Assembly: GCF_009834535.1 (NCBI RefSeq)
Contig: NC_045707.1
Span: 45,696,001-45,760,000, forward strand
Origin: Camelus ferus
Lineage: Eukaryota
Direction of reading: 5' to 3'
DNA length: 64,000 nt
Shown: positions 1 to 13,009 of the stretch, one piece after another
Numbering within the stretch: the stretch's first letter is position 1
How the letters are laid out: each line of letters starts with the position of its first letter
Notes under the pieces: model-generated
Databases searched by the model: none
Seen by the model: the letters and a program-made list of their open reading frames with translations, nothing else
Told to the model about the DNA's origin: nothing
Position numbers and translations under genes: made by a program

Positions 1-1224
1 AACCTGTAAATTAGAAATAATAGTGGTTCGATGTGGACAGTAGATGCAAAGTTGGGCCACATGATTTGTGAGATCTCTTTTAGGACTAGCTTACAGACAG
101 ACTTACAGATTTACAAATCAGCAAGATTAGAACTGAAATAAAAGTACATCCCAAATCTTCACTTTCTGGGTAGAAGCCAGAATGTTCAGTGCCCTTCTCA
201 GACTTTAATATTGCCCAACAGTGAAGTTTATACTGGGAAATTGTCACCTTAATTATCTGTTACATGAAATGAAATGCCCAAGATTTGTTATATCTGTGAA
301 ACAAATAGGAGATGATTTCCCCCCACTTGCCCCTCTGGAGTTGTTGCTTTCCTCATCCTGTCCCTGTCTTCTTCGATAATAGTAAATAAGTAGATGAATA
401 CAACACCTCTGTTGATGATATTTTGGGAACTTCCCAGAAGCCCAAAACACTATGCCTCATGGCTAAGTCCTGCCCTTGTGTAATTTCATCCTGGGCACCA
501 CAGATCATTTTTTGGTAGAGGGTACTGTCTGCTTTCAGCAGAACTGAAGGCTCTGAAAAAGAAGGCAAAAAGAAACCAAAAAAGCTGCCTCCAAAGGGAA
601 TTCATTATTTAACTGTCAGTGACCATTTAAACCAATCCCGCTTTTGTGCATCTGTCATCCCACTAAAGGAGAGTCTTGGTAAGAAGGCTCAGCAACTCAC
701 ACCAGCAGGAAGATGAATAAAAGAGGAGCATGGACTGGGAGCCCTGTGTAAGACATCCAGTGTGTAGGGAGATACAGTGCCAGCAGAGAGACAGCTGCTT
801 TAGCTAGAGCTTCTCCTGCAGTGCTGATGGATGAATAGGGTCTTCCCTGAGGCTCCTCACAGGAATTAAAACAGCTCAAGGCTGCGCTGCCCAGGGTGAG
901 TGAGAGGGTAGCCTGTTCAAGAAAGGAATATGCTCTAGGTTTCCAAGGCTTGGGGCCTCTATTTCCATTTTTCTCATTAGTTTGGCTGCTTTACTCCTCC
1001 AGCCCGTCTGTCAGACTGGGGGATCTTCAGTTAAGCCAAAATCACCCCTTTTATACTGTGAACTATTCCTATATTTTCATTAAATGGTGAGTCCCTCAAT
1101 TGAACTTTATATTAGGCTGTGGATATTTTATTAACTAACATTCTTCAGCCTCTATTTTCTTACCTGGGAAATGGGGTCCATAATATTGATGGAACTGTGA
1201 GGACGTAATAATAAAAGCTATACT

Positions 1225-1432
1225 TTCAAAGAACTTACAAGGTGCCTGGCTCTGTTCTAGGTGTTTTATGCGTATTTACTCACTTAGTTCTCACAACAGC
1301 TCTGTGAGTTGGATGCTGCTGTTATCATTTTAAGATAAGGAAACTGAGCCAAAGAAAGATTAAGAAATAGGTCCAAGTTCACACAATTAGGATATGGAAG
1401 AGCCTGGTTCAATACCATAAACAGTCTGGCTC
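1225..1432 (-). mobile_element. MIR-type SINE fragment, interrupted by the L1 at 1433-2565 and resuming at ~2580
   Basis: Typical MIR core (…attttaagataaggaaactgagcc…aagttcacacaattagga…cagtctggctc|tagag). Family assigned by recognition; boundaries approximate. Confidence 0.6.
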
Positions 1433-2565
1433 CTGAAGTAGGGTTCCTTCTGCATATATGCCCAGGAGTGGGATTCCTGGGTCATACAGTAAGTCTATTC
1501 CTAGTCTTTTGAGGAATCTCCATACTGTTTTCCACAGTGGCTGCACTAAACTACATTCCCATCAGCAGTGTAGGAGGGTTCCCCTTTCTCCACAGCCACT
1601 CCAGCATTTGTCATTTGTGGATTTTTCAATGATGGCCATTCTGACTGGTGTGAGGTGATACCTCATTGTAGTTTTGATCTGCATTTCTCTGATAATTAGT
1701 GATATTGAGCGTTTTTTCATGTGCCTATTGATCACTTGTATGTCTTCCTTGGAGAATTGCTTGTTTAGGTCTTTTGCCCATTTTTGGATTGGGTTGTTTG
1801 GTTGTTTCTTATTAAGTCTTATGAGCTGCTTATATATTCTGGAGATCAAGCCTTTGTCGATTTCATTTGCAAAGATTTTCTCCCATTCCATAGGTTGTCT
1901 TTTTGTTTTGCTTATGGTTTCCTTTGCTGTGCAGAAGCTTGTAAGTTTCATTAGGTCCCATTTGTTTATTCTTTCTTTTATTTCCATTGCTTGAGTAGAC
2001 TGTTCTCCCCAGTGTTGATAGCAGCACTATTTACAATAGCCAAGACATGGAGACAGCCTGAATGTCCATCAACAGATGTCTGGATAAAGAAGATGTGGTA
2101 TACTTATACAATGGAATACTACTCAGCCATAGAAACTGACAACATAACGCCATTTGCAGCAACATGGATGCTCCTGGAGAATGTTATTCTAAGTGAAGTA
2201 AGCCAGAAAGAGAAAGAAAAATACCATATAATATTGCTCATATGTGGAATCTAAAAACAAACAAACAAACAAAGCATAAATACAAAACAGAAATAGACTC
2301 ATAGACATAGAATACAAACTTGTGGTTGCCAAGGGGTGGGGGGTGGGAAGGGATAGACTGGGATTTCAAAATTGTAGAATAGATAAACAAGATTATACTG
2401 TATAGCACAGAGAAATATATACAAGATCTTATGGTAGCTCATGGAGAAAAAAATGTGACAATGAATATATATATGTTCATGTATAACTGAAAAATTCTGC
2501 TCTACACTAGAATTTGATACAACATTGTAAAATGATTATAAATCAATAAAAAATGTTAAAAAAAA
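1433..2565 (+). mobile_element. 5'-truncated, 5'-inverted (twin-primed) LINE-1
   Basis: 1433-~2001 is the L1 ORF2 C-terminus on the minus strand ([20 protein letters not shown]…). ~2007-2565 is sense ORF2 end, 3'UTR and poly(A). The 14-bp TSD AAACAGTCTGGCTC is at 1419-1432 and 2566-2579. Confidence 0.93.
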
Positions 2566-2792
2566 AAACAGTCTGGCTCTAGAGTGTTTGTAACCATTAA
2601 GCAACACTGCCTGTTAAAAGCACGTATTTGAGGCTTGGCATGTAAGTAGGTTCCCAATGAATGTAATCTATGAAAATAATTATTATCAGAAGCCTGAAAA
2701 TGTCCTGAGTGTAATGAGAGCATGTCACTCTGGGCATCCCTAGCTGCCTAAGTTTCTAAACAGTGTCTTGCATCTAATAATTATCTAGTATG

Positions 2793-5700
2793 GAAAGCAC
2801 AACCACTCAAAACCTATGGGACACAGCAAAGGCTGTGCTAAGAGGGAAGTTTATAGCGATACAGGCCTTCCTCAAAAAAGAAGAACAATCTCAAATAAAC
2901 AATTTAACCCACCACCTGAATGAATTAGAAAAAGAAGAACAAAAAGCCCCAAAAAGCAGCAGAAGGAAGGAAATAATAAAGATCAGAGAGGAATTAAATA
3001 CAATAGAGATTAACAAGACCATAGAAAAAATCAACCAAACCAAAAGCTGGTTTTTTGAAAAAGTAAATAAAATCGACAAACCTCTGGCCAAACTCACAAA
3101 GAAGAAAAAAGAGAGCACAAATTAGCAAAATAAGAAAGGAAAATGGAGAAATTACAACAAACAAATTAGAAATACAGAATATCATACGAGAATATTATGA
3201 AAAACTGTATGGAACCAAACTGGATAACCTAGAGGAGATGGACAAGTTTCTGGAAACATACTGTCCACCAAGATGAATCAAGAAGAATCTGAACACTTGA
3301 ACAATCCGATCACTAGAAAGGAAATAGATATAGCAATTAAAAACCTCCCTACAAATAAAAGTCCAGGACCAGACGGCTTCACTGGGGAATTCTACCAAAC
3401 ATACAAAGAAGAACTCATACCAGTCCTTCTCAAACTCTTCCAGACGATTGAAAAGGAGGGAATACTCCCAAACTCATTCTATGAAGCCACCATCACCCTG
3501 ATACCAAAACCAGGCAAAGACACTACAAAAAAAGAGAATTATAGGCCAATATCACTGATGAACATAGACGCCAAAATCCTCACCAACATTTTAGCAAATA
3601 GAATCCAACAACACATAAAAAAGATTATACATCACGACCAAGTGGGGTTCATCCCAGGGACACAAGGCTGGTTCAACATACGCAAATCAATCAATGTAAT
3701 ACATCACATCAACAAGAGAAAGGACAAAAACCACATGATCATCTCAATCGATGCAGAAAAAGCATTTGATAAAATTCAACACCCATTTATGATAAAAACT
3801 CTCGCCAAAGTGGGTATAGAGGGAACATATCTCAACATAATAAAAGCTATATATGACAAACCTACAGCCAGCATAGTACTCAACGGTGAAAAACTCAAAA
3901 GCTTCCCACTAAAATCTGGGACAAGACAAGGATGCCCACTATCACCACTCCTATTCAACATAGTCCTGGAAGTCCTAGCCACAGCAGTCAGGCAAGAGAA
4001 AGAAATAAAAGGGATCCAAATTGGAAAAGAAGAGGTAAAAGTGTCATTATATGCTGACGACATGTTACTATATATAGAAAACCCTAAAAGGTCCACACAA
4101 AAGCTACTAGAGCTGATTGAAGAATTCAGCAAGGTAGCAGGTTACAAAATTAACGTTCAAAAATCAGTTGCATTTCTTTACACTAACGATAAATCAACAG
4201 AAGAAGAAAGTAAAGAAACAATCCCCTTTAAAATAGCACCCAAAGTAATAAAATATCTGGGAATAAATCTAACCAAGGAGGTGAAAGAATTATACACAGA
4301 AAACTATAAACCATTGATGAAGGAAATTAAAGAAGACTCTAAAAAATGGAAAGATATTCCATGCTCTTGGATTGGAAGAATCAATATTGTTAAAATGGTC
4401 ACACTGCCCAAGGCAATCTACAGATTTAATGCAATCCCTATCCAATTACCCAGGACATATTTCACAGAACTAGAAAAAATCATAATAAAATTCATATGGA
4501 ACCATCAAAGACCTAGAATTGCCAAAGCATTACTGAAGAGAAAGAAAGAGGCTGGAGGAATAACTCTCCCAGACTTCAGACAATACTATAGAGCTACAGT
4601 CATCAAGACAGCATGGTATTGGTACCAAAACAGACATATAGACCAATGGAACAGAATAGAGAGCCCAGAAATGAACCCACAAACTTTTGGTCAACTCATC
4701 TTTGACAAAGGAGGCAAGAATATACATTGGAATAAAGACAGTCTCTTCAGCAAATGGTGTTGGGAAAACTGGACAGCAGCATGTAAAACAATGAAGCTAG
4801 AACACTCCCTTACACCATATACAAAAATCAACTCAAAATGGATTAAAGACTTAAACATAAGACAAGATACAATAAACCTCCTAGAGGAAAACATAGGCAA
4901 AACATTATCTGACATACATTTAAAAAATTTTCTCCTAGAAGAAATAAAAGCAAGAATAAACAAATGGGACCTAATGAAACTTACAAGCTTCTGCACAGCA
5001 AAGGAAACCAGAAATAAAACAAGAAGAAAACCTACGGAATGGGAGAAAATTTTTGCAAGTGAAACCGACAAAGGCTTGATCTCCAGAATATATAAGCAGC
5101 TCATACGACTCAATAAGAAAAAAATAAACAACCCAATCCAAAATGGGCAGAAGACCTAAACAAGCAATTCTCCAAGGAAGACATACAAATGATCAAAAAG
5201 CACATGAAAAAATGCTCAATATCACTAATTATCAGAGAAATGAAAATCAAAACTACAATGAGGTATCACCTCACACCAGTCAGAATGGCCGTCATTCAAA
5301 AATCCACAAATGACAAATGCTGGAGAGGCTGTGGAGAAAGGGGAACCCTCCTACACTGCTGGTGGGAATGCAGTTTGGTGCAGCCACTGTGGAAAACAGT
5401 GTGGAGATTCCTCAAAAGACTAGGAATAGACTTACCATATGACCCAGGAATCCCACTCCTGGGCTTGTATCCAGAAGGAAATCTACTTCAGGATGACACC
5501 TGCACCCCAATGTTCATAGCAGCACTATTTACAATAGCCAAAACATGGAAACAGCCTAAATGTCCATCAACAGGTGACTGGATAAAGAAGAGGTGGTATA
5601 TTTATACAATGGAATACTACTCGGCCATAAAAACCGACAACATAATGCCATTTGCAGCAACATGGATGCTCCTGGAGAATGTCATTCTAAGTGAAGTAAG

Positions 5701-6084
5701 CCAGAAAGAGAAAGAAAAATACCATAAGAGATCACTCATACGTGGAATCTAAAAAACAAAAACAAAAACAAACAAACAAACAAAAACAAAGCATAAATAC
5801 AGGACAGAAAGAGACTCACAGACAGAGAATACAGACTTGTGGTTACCAGGGGGGTGGAGGGTGGGAAGGGATAGACTGGGATTTCAAAATTGTAGAATAG
5901 ACTACACTGTATAGCACAGGGAAATATACACAAAATGTTATGATAACTCAGAGAGAAAAAAATGTGACAATGAGTGTGTATATGTCCATGAATGACTGAA
6001 AAATTGTGCTGAACACTGGAATTTGACACAACATTGTAAAATGATTATAAATCAATAAAAAATGTTAAAAAAGAAAAGAAAAGA
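2793..6084 (+). mobile_element. 5'-truncated young LINE-1 (ORF2 without endonuclease domain, 3'UTR, A-rich tail); inactive
   Basis: ORF pieces 2790-3125, 3273-5159 (RT domain: [14 protein letters not shown]) and 5189-5752 are separated by frameshifts near 3115, 3273 and 5140. AATAAA and an A-rich tail lie at ~6054-6089. Confidence 0.96.
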
Positions 6085-6692
6085 AAAAATATAAATACAA
6101 AATGCCATGAAGAAGGTGCTGGGCATAATACACTCAAAGGATTGAAAGAAAGCAGTGTGTCTAGAATCTAGAGTGGTGCAAATAAGGCTGGAGTGATTGG
6201 CAGGTAGGGGCCCGATGTGCAGGTCTTCCTATGCTGCATCATGAATTTTATCTTACGAGTGAAAAGTCGTACGAGGGTAATAACAAAGCAAAGAGGTGAC
6301 ATGATCAAACAAACTGTAAGGAACCAAAGTCAATGATGGAGACCAGTTAAGAGAAGTACAAGAGAGAATATGGCAGCTTGGACTAAGGCAAGGGTGAGAG
6401 AGATAGAGACATATGTGTGGATTCAAGAATCATCTAGATTTCCGTAGATGGAATTTGTGTGGTAAAGGAAGATGTTGATTTTATGTTCCCTATACTTTGC
6501 ATGTCTACTAATGCAACCTAGCATTTCATTAGCTTTTCTACATCAGTAGCATCACACTGTGTGTTCACATCTAAATCATCTTAGTGTCTTCTCCCTTCTC
6601 AGCACAGTGCCTGGCACAGAGAGGGAACTTAATGAAAGTCTAAATTGCTTTGACAAAATGTATTCAATTAAACAAATACATACTAGATAATT

Positions 6693-9162
6693 TTTTTAAC
6701 ATTTTTTATTGATTTATAATCATTTTACAATGTTGTGTCAAATTCCAGTGTTCAGCACAATTTTTCAGTCATTCATGGACATATACACACTCATTGTCAC
6801 ATTTTTTTCTCTCTGAGTTATCATAACATTTTGTGTATATTTCCCTGTGCTATACAGTGTAGTCTATTCTACAATTTTGAAATCCCAGTCTATCCCTTCC
6901 CACCCTCCACCCCCCTGGTAACCACAAGTCTGTATTCTCTGTCTGTGAGTCTCTTTCTGTCCTGTATTTATGCTTTGTTTTTGTTTGTTTGTTTGTTTTT
7001 GTTTTTGTTTTTTAGATTCCACGTATGAGTGATCTCTTATGGTATTTTTCTTTCTCTTTCTGGCTTACTTCACTTAGAATGACATTCTCCAGGAGCATCC
7101 ATGTTGCTGCAAATGGCATTATGTTGTCGGTTTTTATGGCCGAGTAGTACTCCATTGTATAAATATACCACCTCTTCTTTATCCAGTCACCTGTTGATGG
7201 ACATTTAGGCTGTTTCCATGTTTTGGCTATTGTAAATAGTGCTGCTATGAACATTGGGGTGCAGGTGTCATCCTGAAGTAGATTTCCTTCTGGATACAAG
7301 CCCAGGAATGGGATTCCTGGGTCATATGGTAAGTCTATTCCTAGTCTTTTGAGGAATCTCCACACTGTTTTCCACAGTGGCTGCACCAAACTGCATTCCC
7401 ACCAGCAGTGTAGGAGGGTTCCCCTTTCTCCACAGCCTCTCCAGCATTTGTCATTTGTGGATTTTTGAATGACGGCCATTCTGACTGGTGTGAGGTGATA
7501 CCTCATTGTAGTTTTGATTTTCATTTCTCTGATAATTAGTGATATTGAGCATTTTTTCATGTGCTTTTTGATCATTTGTATGTCTTCCTTGGAGAATTGC
7601 TTGTTTAGGTCTTCTGCCCATTTTGGATTGGGTTGTTTATTTTTTTCTTATTGAGTCGTATGAGCTGCTTATATATTCTGGAGATCAAGCCTTTGTCGGT
7701 TTCACTTGCAAAAATTTTCTCCCATTCCGTAGGTTTTCTTCTTGTTTTATTTCTGGTTTCCTTTGCTGTGCAGAAGCTTGTAAGTTTCATTAGGTCCCAT
7801 TTGTTTATTCTTGCTTTTATTTCTTCTAGGAGAAAATTTTTTAAATGTATGTCAGATAATGTTTTGCCTATGTTTTCCTCTAGGAGGTTTATTGTATCTT
7901 GTCTTATGTTTAAGTCTTTAATCCATTTTGAGTTGATTTTTGTATATGGTGTAAGGGAGTGTTCTAGCTTCATTGTTTTACATGCTGCTGTCCAGTTTTC
8001 CCAACACCATTTGCTGAAGAGACTGTCTTTATTCCAATGTATATTCTTGCCTCCTTTGTCAAAGATGAGTTGACCAAAAGTTTGTGGGTTCATTTCTGGG
8101 CTCTCTATTCTGTTCCATTGGTCTATATGTCTGTTTTGGTACCAATACCATGCTGTCTTGATGACTGTAGCTCTATAGTATTGTCTGAAGTCTGGGAGAG
8201 TTATTCCTCCAGCCTCTTTCTTTCTCTTCAGTAATGCTTTGGCAATTCTAGGTCTTTGATGGTTCCATATGAATTTTATTATGATTTTTTCTAGTTCTGT
8301 GAAATATGTCCTGGGTAATTGGATAGGGATTGCATTAAATCTGTAGATTGCCTTGGGCAGTGTGACCATTTTAACAATATTGATTCTTCCAATCCAAGAG
8401 CATGGAATATCTTTCCATTTTTTAGAGTCTTCTTTAATTTCCTTCATCAATGGTTTATAGTTTTCTGTGTATAATTCTTTCACCTCCTTGGTTAGATTTA
8501 TTCCCAGATATTTTATTACTTTGGGTGCTATTTTAAAGGGGATTGTTTCTTTACTTTCTTCTTCTGTTGATTTATCGTTAGTGTAAAGAAATGCAACTGA
8601 TTTTTGAACGTTAATTTTGTAACCTGCTACCTTGCTGAATTCTTCAATCAGCTCTAGTAGCTTTTGTGTGGACCTTTTAGGGTTTTCTATATATAGTAAC
8701 ATGTCGTCAGCATATAATGACACTTTTACCTCTTCTTTTCCAATTTGGATCCCTTTTATTTCTTTCTCTTGCCTGACTGCTGTGGCTAGGACTTCCAGGA
8801 CTATGTTGAATAGGAGTGGTGATAGTGGGCATCCTTGTCTTGTCCCAGATTTTAGTGGGAAGCTTTTGAGTTTTTCACCGTTGAGTACTATGCTGGCTGT
8901 AGGTTTGTCATATATAGCTTTTATTATGTTGAGATATGTTCCCTCTATACCCACTTTGGCGAGAGTTTTTATCATAAATGGGTGTTGAATTTTATCAAAT
9001 GCTTTTTCTGCATCGATTGAGATGATCATGTGGTTTTTGTCCTTTCTCTTGTTGATGTGATGTATTACATTGATTGATTTGCGTATGTTGAACCAGCCTT
9101 GTGTCCCTGGGATGAACCCCACTTGGTCGTGATGTATAATCTTTTTTATGTGTTGTTGGATT
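6693..9162 (-). mobile_element. 5'-truncated young LINE-1, inverted relative to and nearly identical with 3602-6070
   Basis: ORFs 7605-9182 and 7012-7575 translate identically to the plus-strand copy over the shared region, except one L/F change. Poly(T) at ~6691-6697. Confidence 0.96.
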
Positions 9163-9517
9163 GTATATATTTTTGCATCCATTTAAAACACAGTGCTGGG
9201 TCAAATGTCCGTCCCTGATTCAATCAGCTGCAACCAGGGCAGCAGGGCCACATAGTATGATAATCATGGTTGGCAGAGCCCATTCCCATGACTCTCTAGA
9301 TGGGGAGTGGTGAGTGGGGTGTGTCTCAGAGAAGGGAAATCTTGATCAGCCAATAGGTATATACCAACCTTCCCTTCAAGGAGGATATTCAGGCTTGGAG
9401 ACTATCCACCAGGAATGTGATAGAATGGAGTTCTGTCCTCTTAAAAGCCTTGGCCAAATTCATGAGTCCATGAATTTTTCTTGTTCTAAATGAGTCATGT
9501 TTCTTTCTTTTTCACAG

Positions 9518-9635
9518 CCAAGTAATATCAGTGATGTTTAATCAGGATGGAGGTATGGTGATCAGCAAAAAAGGAAATATTATAAGGGAATGGATGTGGC
9601 CTTCAAAGGGAAAACTTGATCCAGTCGAAATTTGG
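9518..9635 (+). pseudogene. C3orf20-like exon A: xQVISVMFNQDGGMVISKKGNIIREWMWPSKGKLDPVEIW
   Basis: Acceptor ttctttctttttcacag, donor TGG|gtaatt. FAM194-type GG…G…W.W motif; frame open. Confidence 0.85.
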
Positions 9636-10347
9636 GTAATTCTTTTTTACAATTTGTTATTTTTCTGATCATTTCTTATGCTATAACAATAATTTGCTTT
9701 GAGTTTCTAAAATATACTATTGGGGGAAGGAGGATTGAGAGGACTGAACTATTCAGTTTAGCTGTCTACACTAGCCAATTGATCTGCTAAAAGTTTATTT
9801 GAGCTCTTCACTTCACTTGGCACTTCTCTTGGTCCTTTCTTGATGAATTTATCTTTGCTAAGCAGCAGTAACTTTCAACAGTAGTTTTTAAAAATTATTA
9901 TCAGAAAACATTTTTGCCTACTATCAAAACATTTTAAAAATAGGAAAGTATACAATGTTCAAAGTGAAAGTCTCCTGCTCCTTAATCTCACTCTGCAGAA
10001 ATTACCTCTGTTAATCGCTCGGTGTGTACCTCTGTAGATCAAAGATCAGAAATTCAGATATGTAAGAGTGAGCCAGCCAAGTAGGAACTTCGGTGAACTG
10101 GAAAGTGTGTCCCACCTGCGGCTGCAGCCTCTATGCAGGGCAGAAGGCTGTTGCCACATGGGAATATGGGCCTAGGCTTGCTATCTTTTATAGTTTTTTA
10201 AAAAGCCATGAATTCAGGTTTTTGGTGAAATATTCTGATATTTAAAAGTTGGCAACAGTTCAAAGTCTGAGAGGACTAAACCAAACATTTCTAAGCTATC
10301 AGGCTGTAACCTCTGTGCTAGACATTCTCTATTCACATATAGTTACT

Positions 10348-10388
10348 TGTGTGTGTGTGTGTGTGTGTGTGTGTTTGTGTGTGTGTGT
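10348..10388. repeat. (TG)n microsatellite, one interruption
   Basis: Directly visible. Confidence 0.95.
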
Positions 10389-10485
10389 ATGGACTGCCCT
10401 TAGTATCCAGGGCCATTGCATATGGCTGTACAGGTGTACAGGCAGTGCACTGCACAACCAACCTTAGGGGCACCACAGATATATA

Positions 10486-10790
10486 GAGCTGTACTGTCCG
10501 GTATGGCAGCCACAGCCACCCGTGGTTATGAAATCCCTGAAATATGCAGTGAGTGTAAATTACACACTAGATTTCAAAGATTTAGTACAAAAAAGAGAAC
10601 ATAAAATATCTTATTAATCATTTTTATATCAGCTACATGTTTAATGTTAATTTTTAGATATACTTAATTACGACATGTTATTAACATTAATTTCACCTGC
10701 CTTTTACTCTTTTTAATGCAACTACTAGAAAATTTAAAATTACTAATGTGGCTCAAATTTGTGGCTCATGTTATATTTCTACAGAACAGG
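10486..10790. mobile_element. hAT-Charlie DNA transposon remnant (MER3/MER33-like)
   Basis: Characteristic ends ctgtccggtatggcagccac… and …tatatttctacagaacag; recognised pattern. Confidence 0.6.
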
Positions 10791-11709
10791 CTATCTTATA
10801 GAGAGTACACACAATTGACAGAATCATCCATGGTGGCTGTACATCTTACATATACTATTTAGATGGCTATTTTAAAGAGGTACCACTTAGCTCTGCAGGG
10901 TTAGAGACGTAAAGAGTACATAAAGAAACTGTACCAGGTAAGCCTGAATGTGCAATTTCCAGACACTCAGGAATAATGGTTTCCTCACCCTTTATCTAAA
11001 AAAGTCAGAGACCCTATGGGGTTGATTATACAATTCAGATTACCTCAGCTGGCAGCCTTCAGGGAGCAAAGAGTTTAACTTGTAACCAAACAAAAGTCCT
11101 CCCATGCTTAGAGCAGCTGACTTAATTAGGACACTTTATAGCAAGCCTTTTAAATATGCTCTACAAATCTGAAGATGTTCACCTTAGTTTTGAGAAGATG
11201 TTCATTTATCATTACTTTTCTATTCTCATTTATAAAATACCTTCAGCTTTAATAAGTTTCACAATAATATTAAGGCTTGTAAAATTTGTAAGCACTTGGC
11301 AGCCATAAATGACTTTTCTCAAAATCAAGGAAATCAGATGTTATCAACTATATTTTACAGGAGAGACCATCTGTGTCTCAGGGCTAGAATTAGGGCTCAG
11401 AAGTACATGTAAACTGACCCAGAATTTTCCTAATCAAAAAATGAATCTTTCTTTATAAGACATAATTACATTAATTGCAAATAGTTTCTCCCCGCTCCTC
11501 TTCCTTCCCTCAATAAATCATAGCAACAAATGTATTGGCAGCACAAAACCTAAAGCCCATTCCTGACTTAATGGAATTAGACTGAAGCTGTCTGTGAACG
11601 TCAATCTGGAATTTTCTTCCATGCACCATATAAATGTCTATGATTTCCAACTGAATTATGAACATGATAATTCTGTGCAGGATGTGACAATCCTTTCTCT
11701 AACCCCCAG

Positions 11710-11844
11710 GTGAATAAGTTCATTACTGTGAAGATTGCTGGGCGCTTTGCCATCACCTTGGTCTACAAATGGCATCCCCAAAGTATAAGGTTATCTCTGG
11801 CACCTGTAAAATGCAAGCCTTTTCCTCCACAGCTACCTGAGGCG
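11710..11844 (+). pseudogene. C3orf20-like exon B: VNKFITVKIAGRFAITLVYKWHPQSIRLSLAPVKCKPFPPQLPEA
   Basis: Acceptor ccccag, donor GCG|gtaggt; 135 bp, phase 0/0. Resembles the FAM194 domain end (VN…I.V…G…IT..F/Y). Confidence 0.85.
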
Positions 11845-12723
11845 GTAGGTCCAGCAGTTTCTTTAATCATCTTCATGCCACCACCTCAGCACAGACCAGA
11901 GCAGGAACAATGTTGACTGAATTTAGATTCTTTTAATATTGCCTGGTGATTTTCTATAATAAAGATGCTGAAGTCTTGCCTAGTTAAAAATCCTATCATG
12001 ACTGTTTATTGACCTTACCTGAGAAATAACTGAAAGGTTGGAATGAGGAGAGGTTAAAAGATAAAGGTAGAGTTGGGAGAAAATTGAACACTTAGTTTCT
12101 TCTAAGGCCTTGATTCCTAAGCTTTGGAGAATTAATTTCCAGTGTCCTAATGGGCTGAATTGTTTGCATTTATATAATCTGTGATTTCTTAAAAATGGTG
12201 TGAAGTTCATATACTGTTTTTTAACTAAATTAAAATTAATCAAGGTTACTTTTTTAAAAGCTTAAGTAATATTCCAAAGGAATCTGGAGATGTTAAAGCA
12301 TTGTTAAAACTATAGCTCAGAATAATTTATCTTAACCACTTCACTCTTGCACAAAACCTCTGTTGAGGAATTTTAGGCTAAAGCTTTTGTTTGTCAAGAG
12401 GTGAGATGCTAAAACATTAGTATCTCTAATTTCATGTAGTTAAGCAGTGAGCTAGCTTGGTTGATTATGATCATACCCTTGAAGCTTTTAAAATTTTGAG
12501 TGCCTTTATATGAATGGTACACATATTACAGAAGGTGTTTGAACACATGTAAAAGATCTTTATATTCAGGGACAGGAATCAAAACTGTGTTACTTTTTAG
12601 AATTACCATGGATATTTCACATATGCTGAAGTTATATAATCTTTGCCATCAATAGTGCCTTTATGTCAAGCTATCTTGCCTCCCTGGGTTTTTATGAGCC
12701 ATGTCATCTGAAATCTCTCTCAG

Positions 12724-12828
12724 CCATTCCCTGATGTCAGTCCTATACCCAGTGAAGCCAGGGAGCTGCTATTCAAGGTCTACAAAATAAAGTGCGAGCA
12801 AATGAAATGCACAACACAGGACAAAGAT
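12724..12828 (+). pseudogene. C3orf20-like exon C: PFPDVSPIPSEARELLFKVYKIKCEQMKCTTQDKD
   Basis: Acceptor tctctctcag, donor GAT|gtaagt; 105 bp, open, phase 0/0, compatible with its neighbours. Confidence 0.7.
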
Positions 12829-13009
12829 GTAAGTACAAAATAATCACTATGTATTTTAGTTTTCATGTTATTCTAGAGTTATTTTTCTCTTCTGACATAG
12901 ACTGGACTTGTTTTAGAAAAAGAGCCAAAGAGTCAAGTCATTGAACACAGGCCCATTTATCTGGAGGAGCATATGCTGACTTTTATTTTTTTGTATTTGT
13001 CTTAAAAAA

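Noticed and set aside
3273..5159. 628-aa reverse-transcriptase ORF as an active or domesticated gene, or a retron-like system
   Set aside because: It is ordinary L1 ORF2: 5'-truncated, lacking the endonuclease, and frameshifted at both ends.
3776..8988. Duplicated antisense ORFs (118, 146, 97 and 65 aa)
   Set aside because: They are reverse-frame by-products of the two L1 copies.
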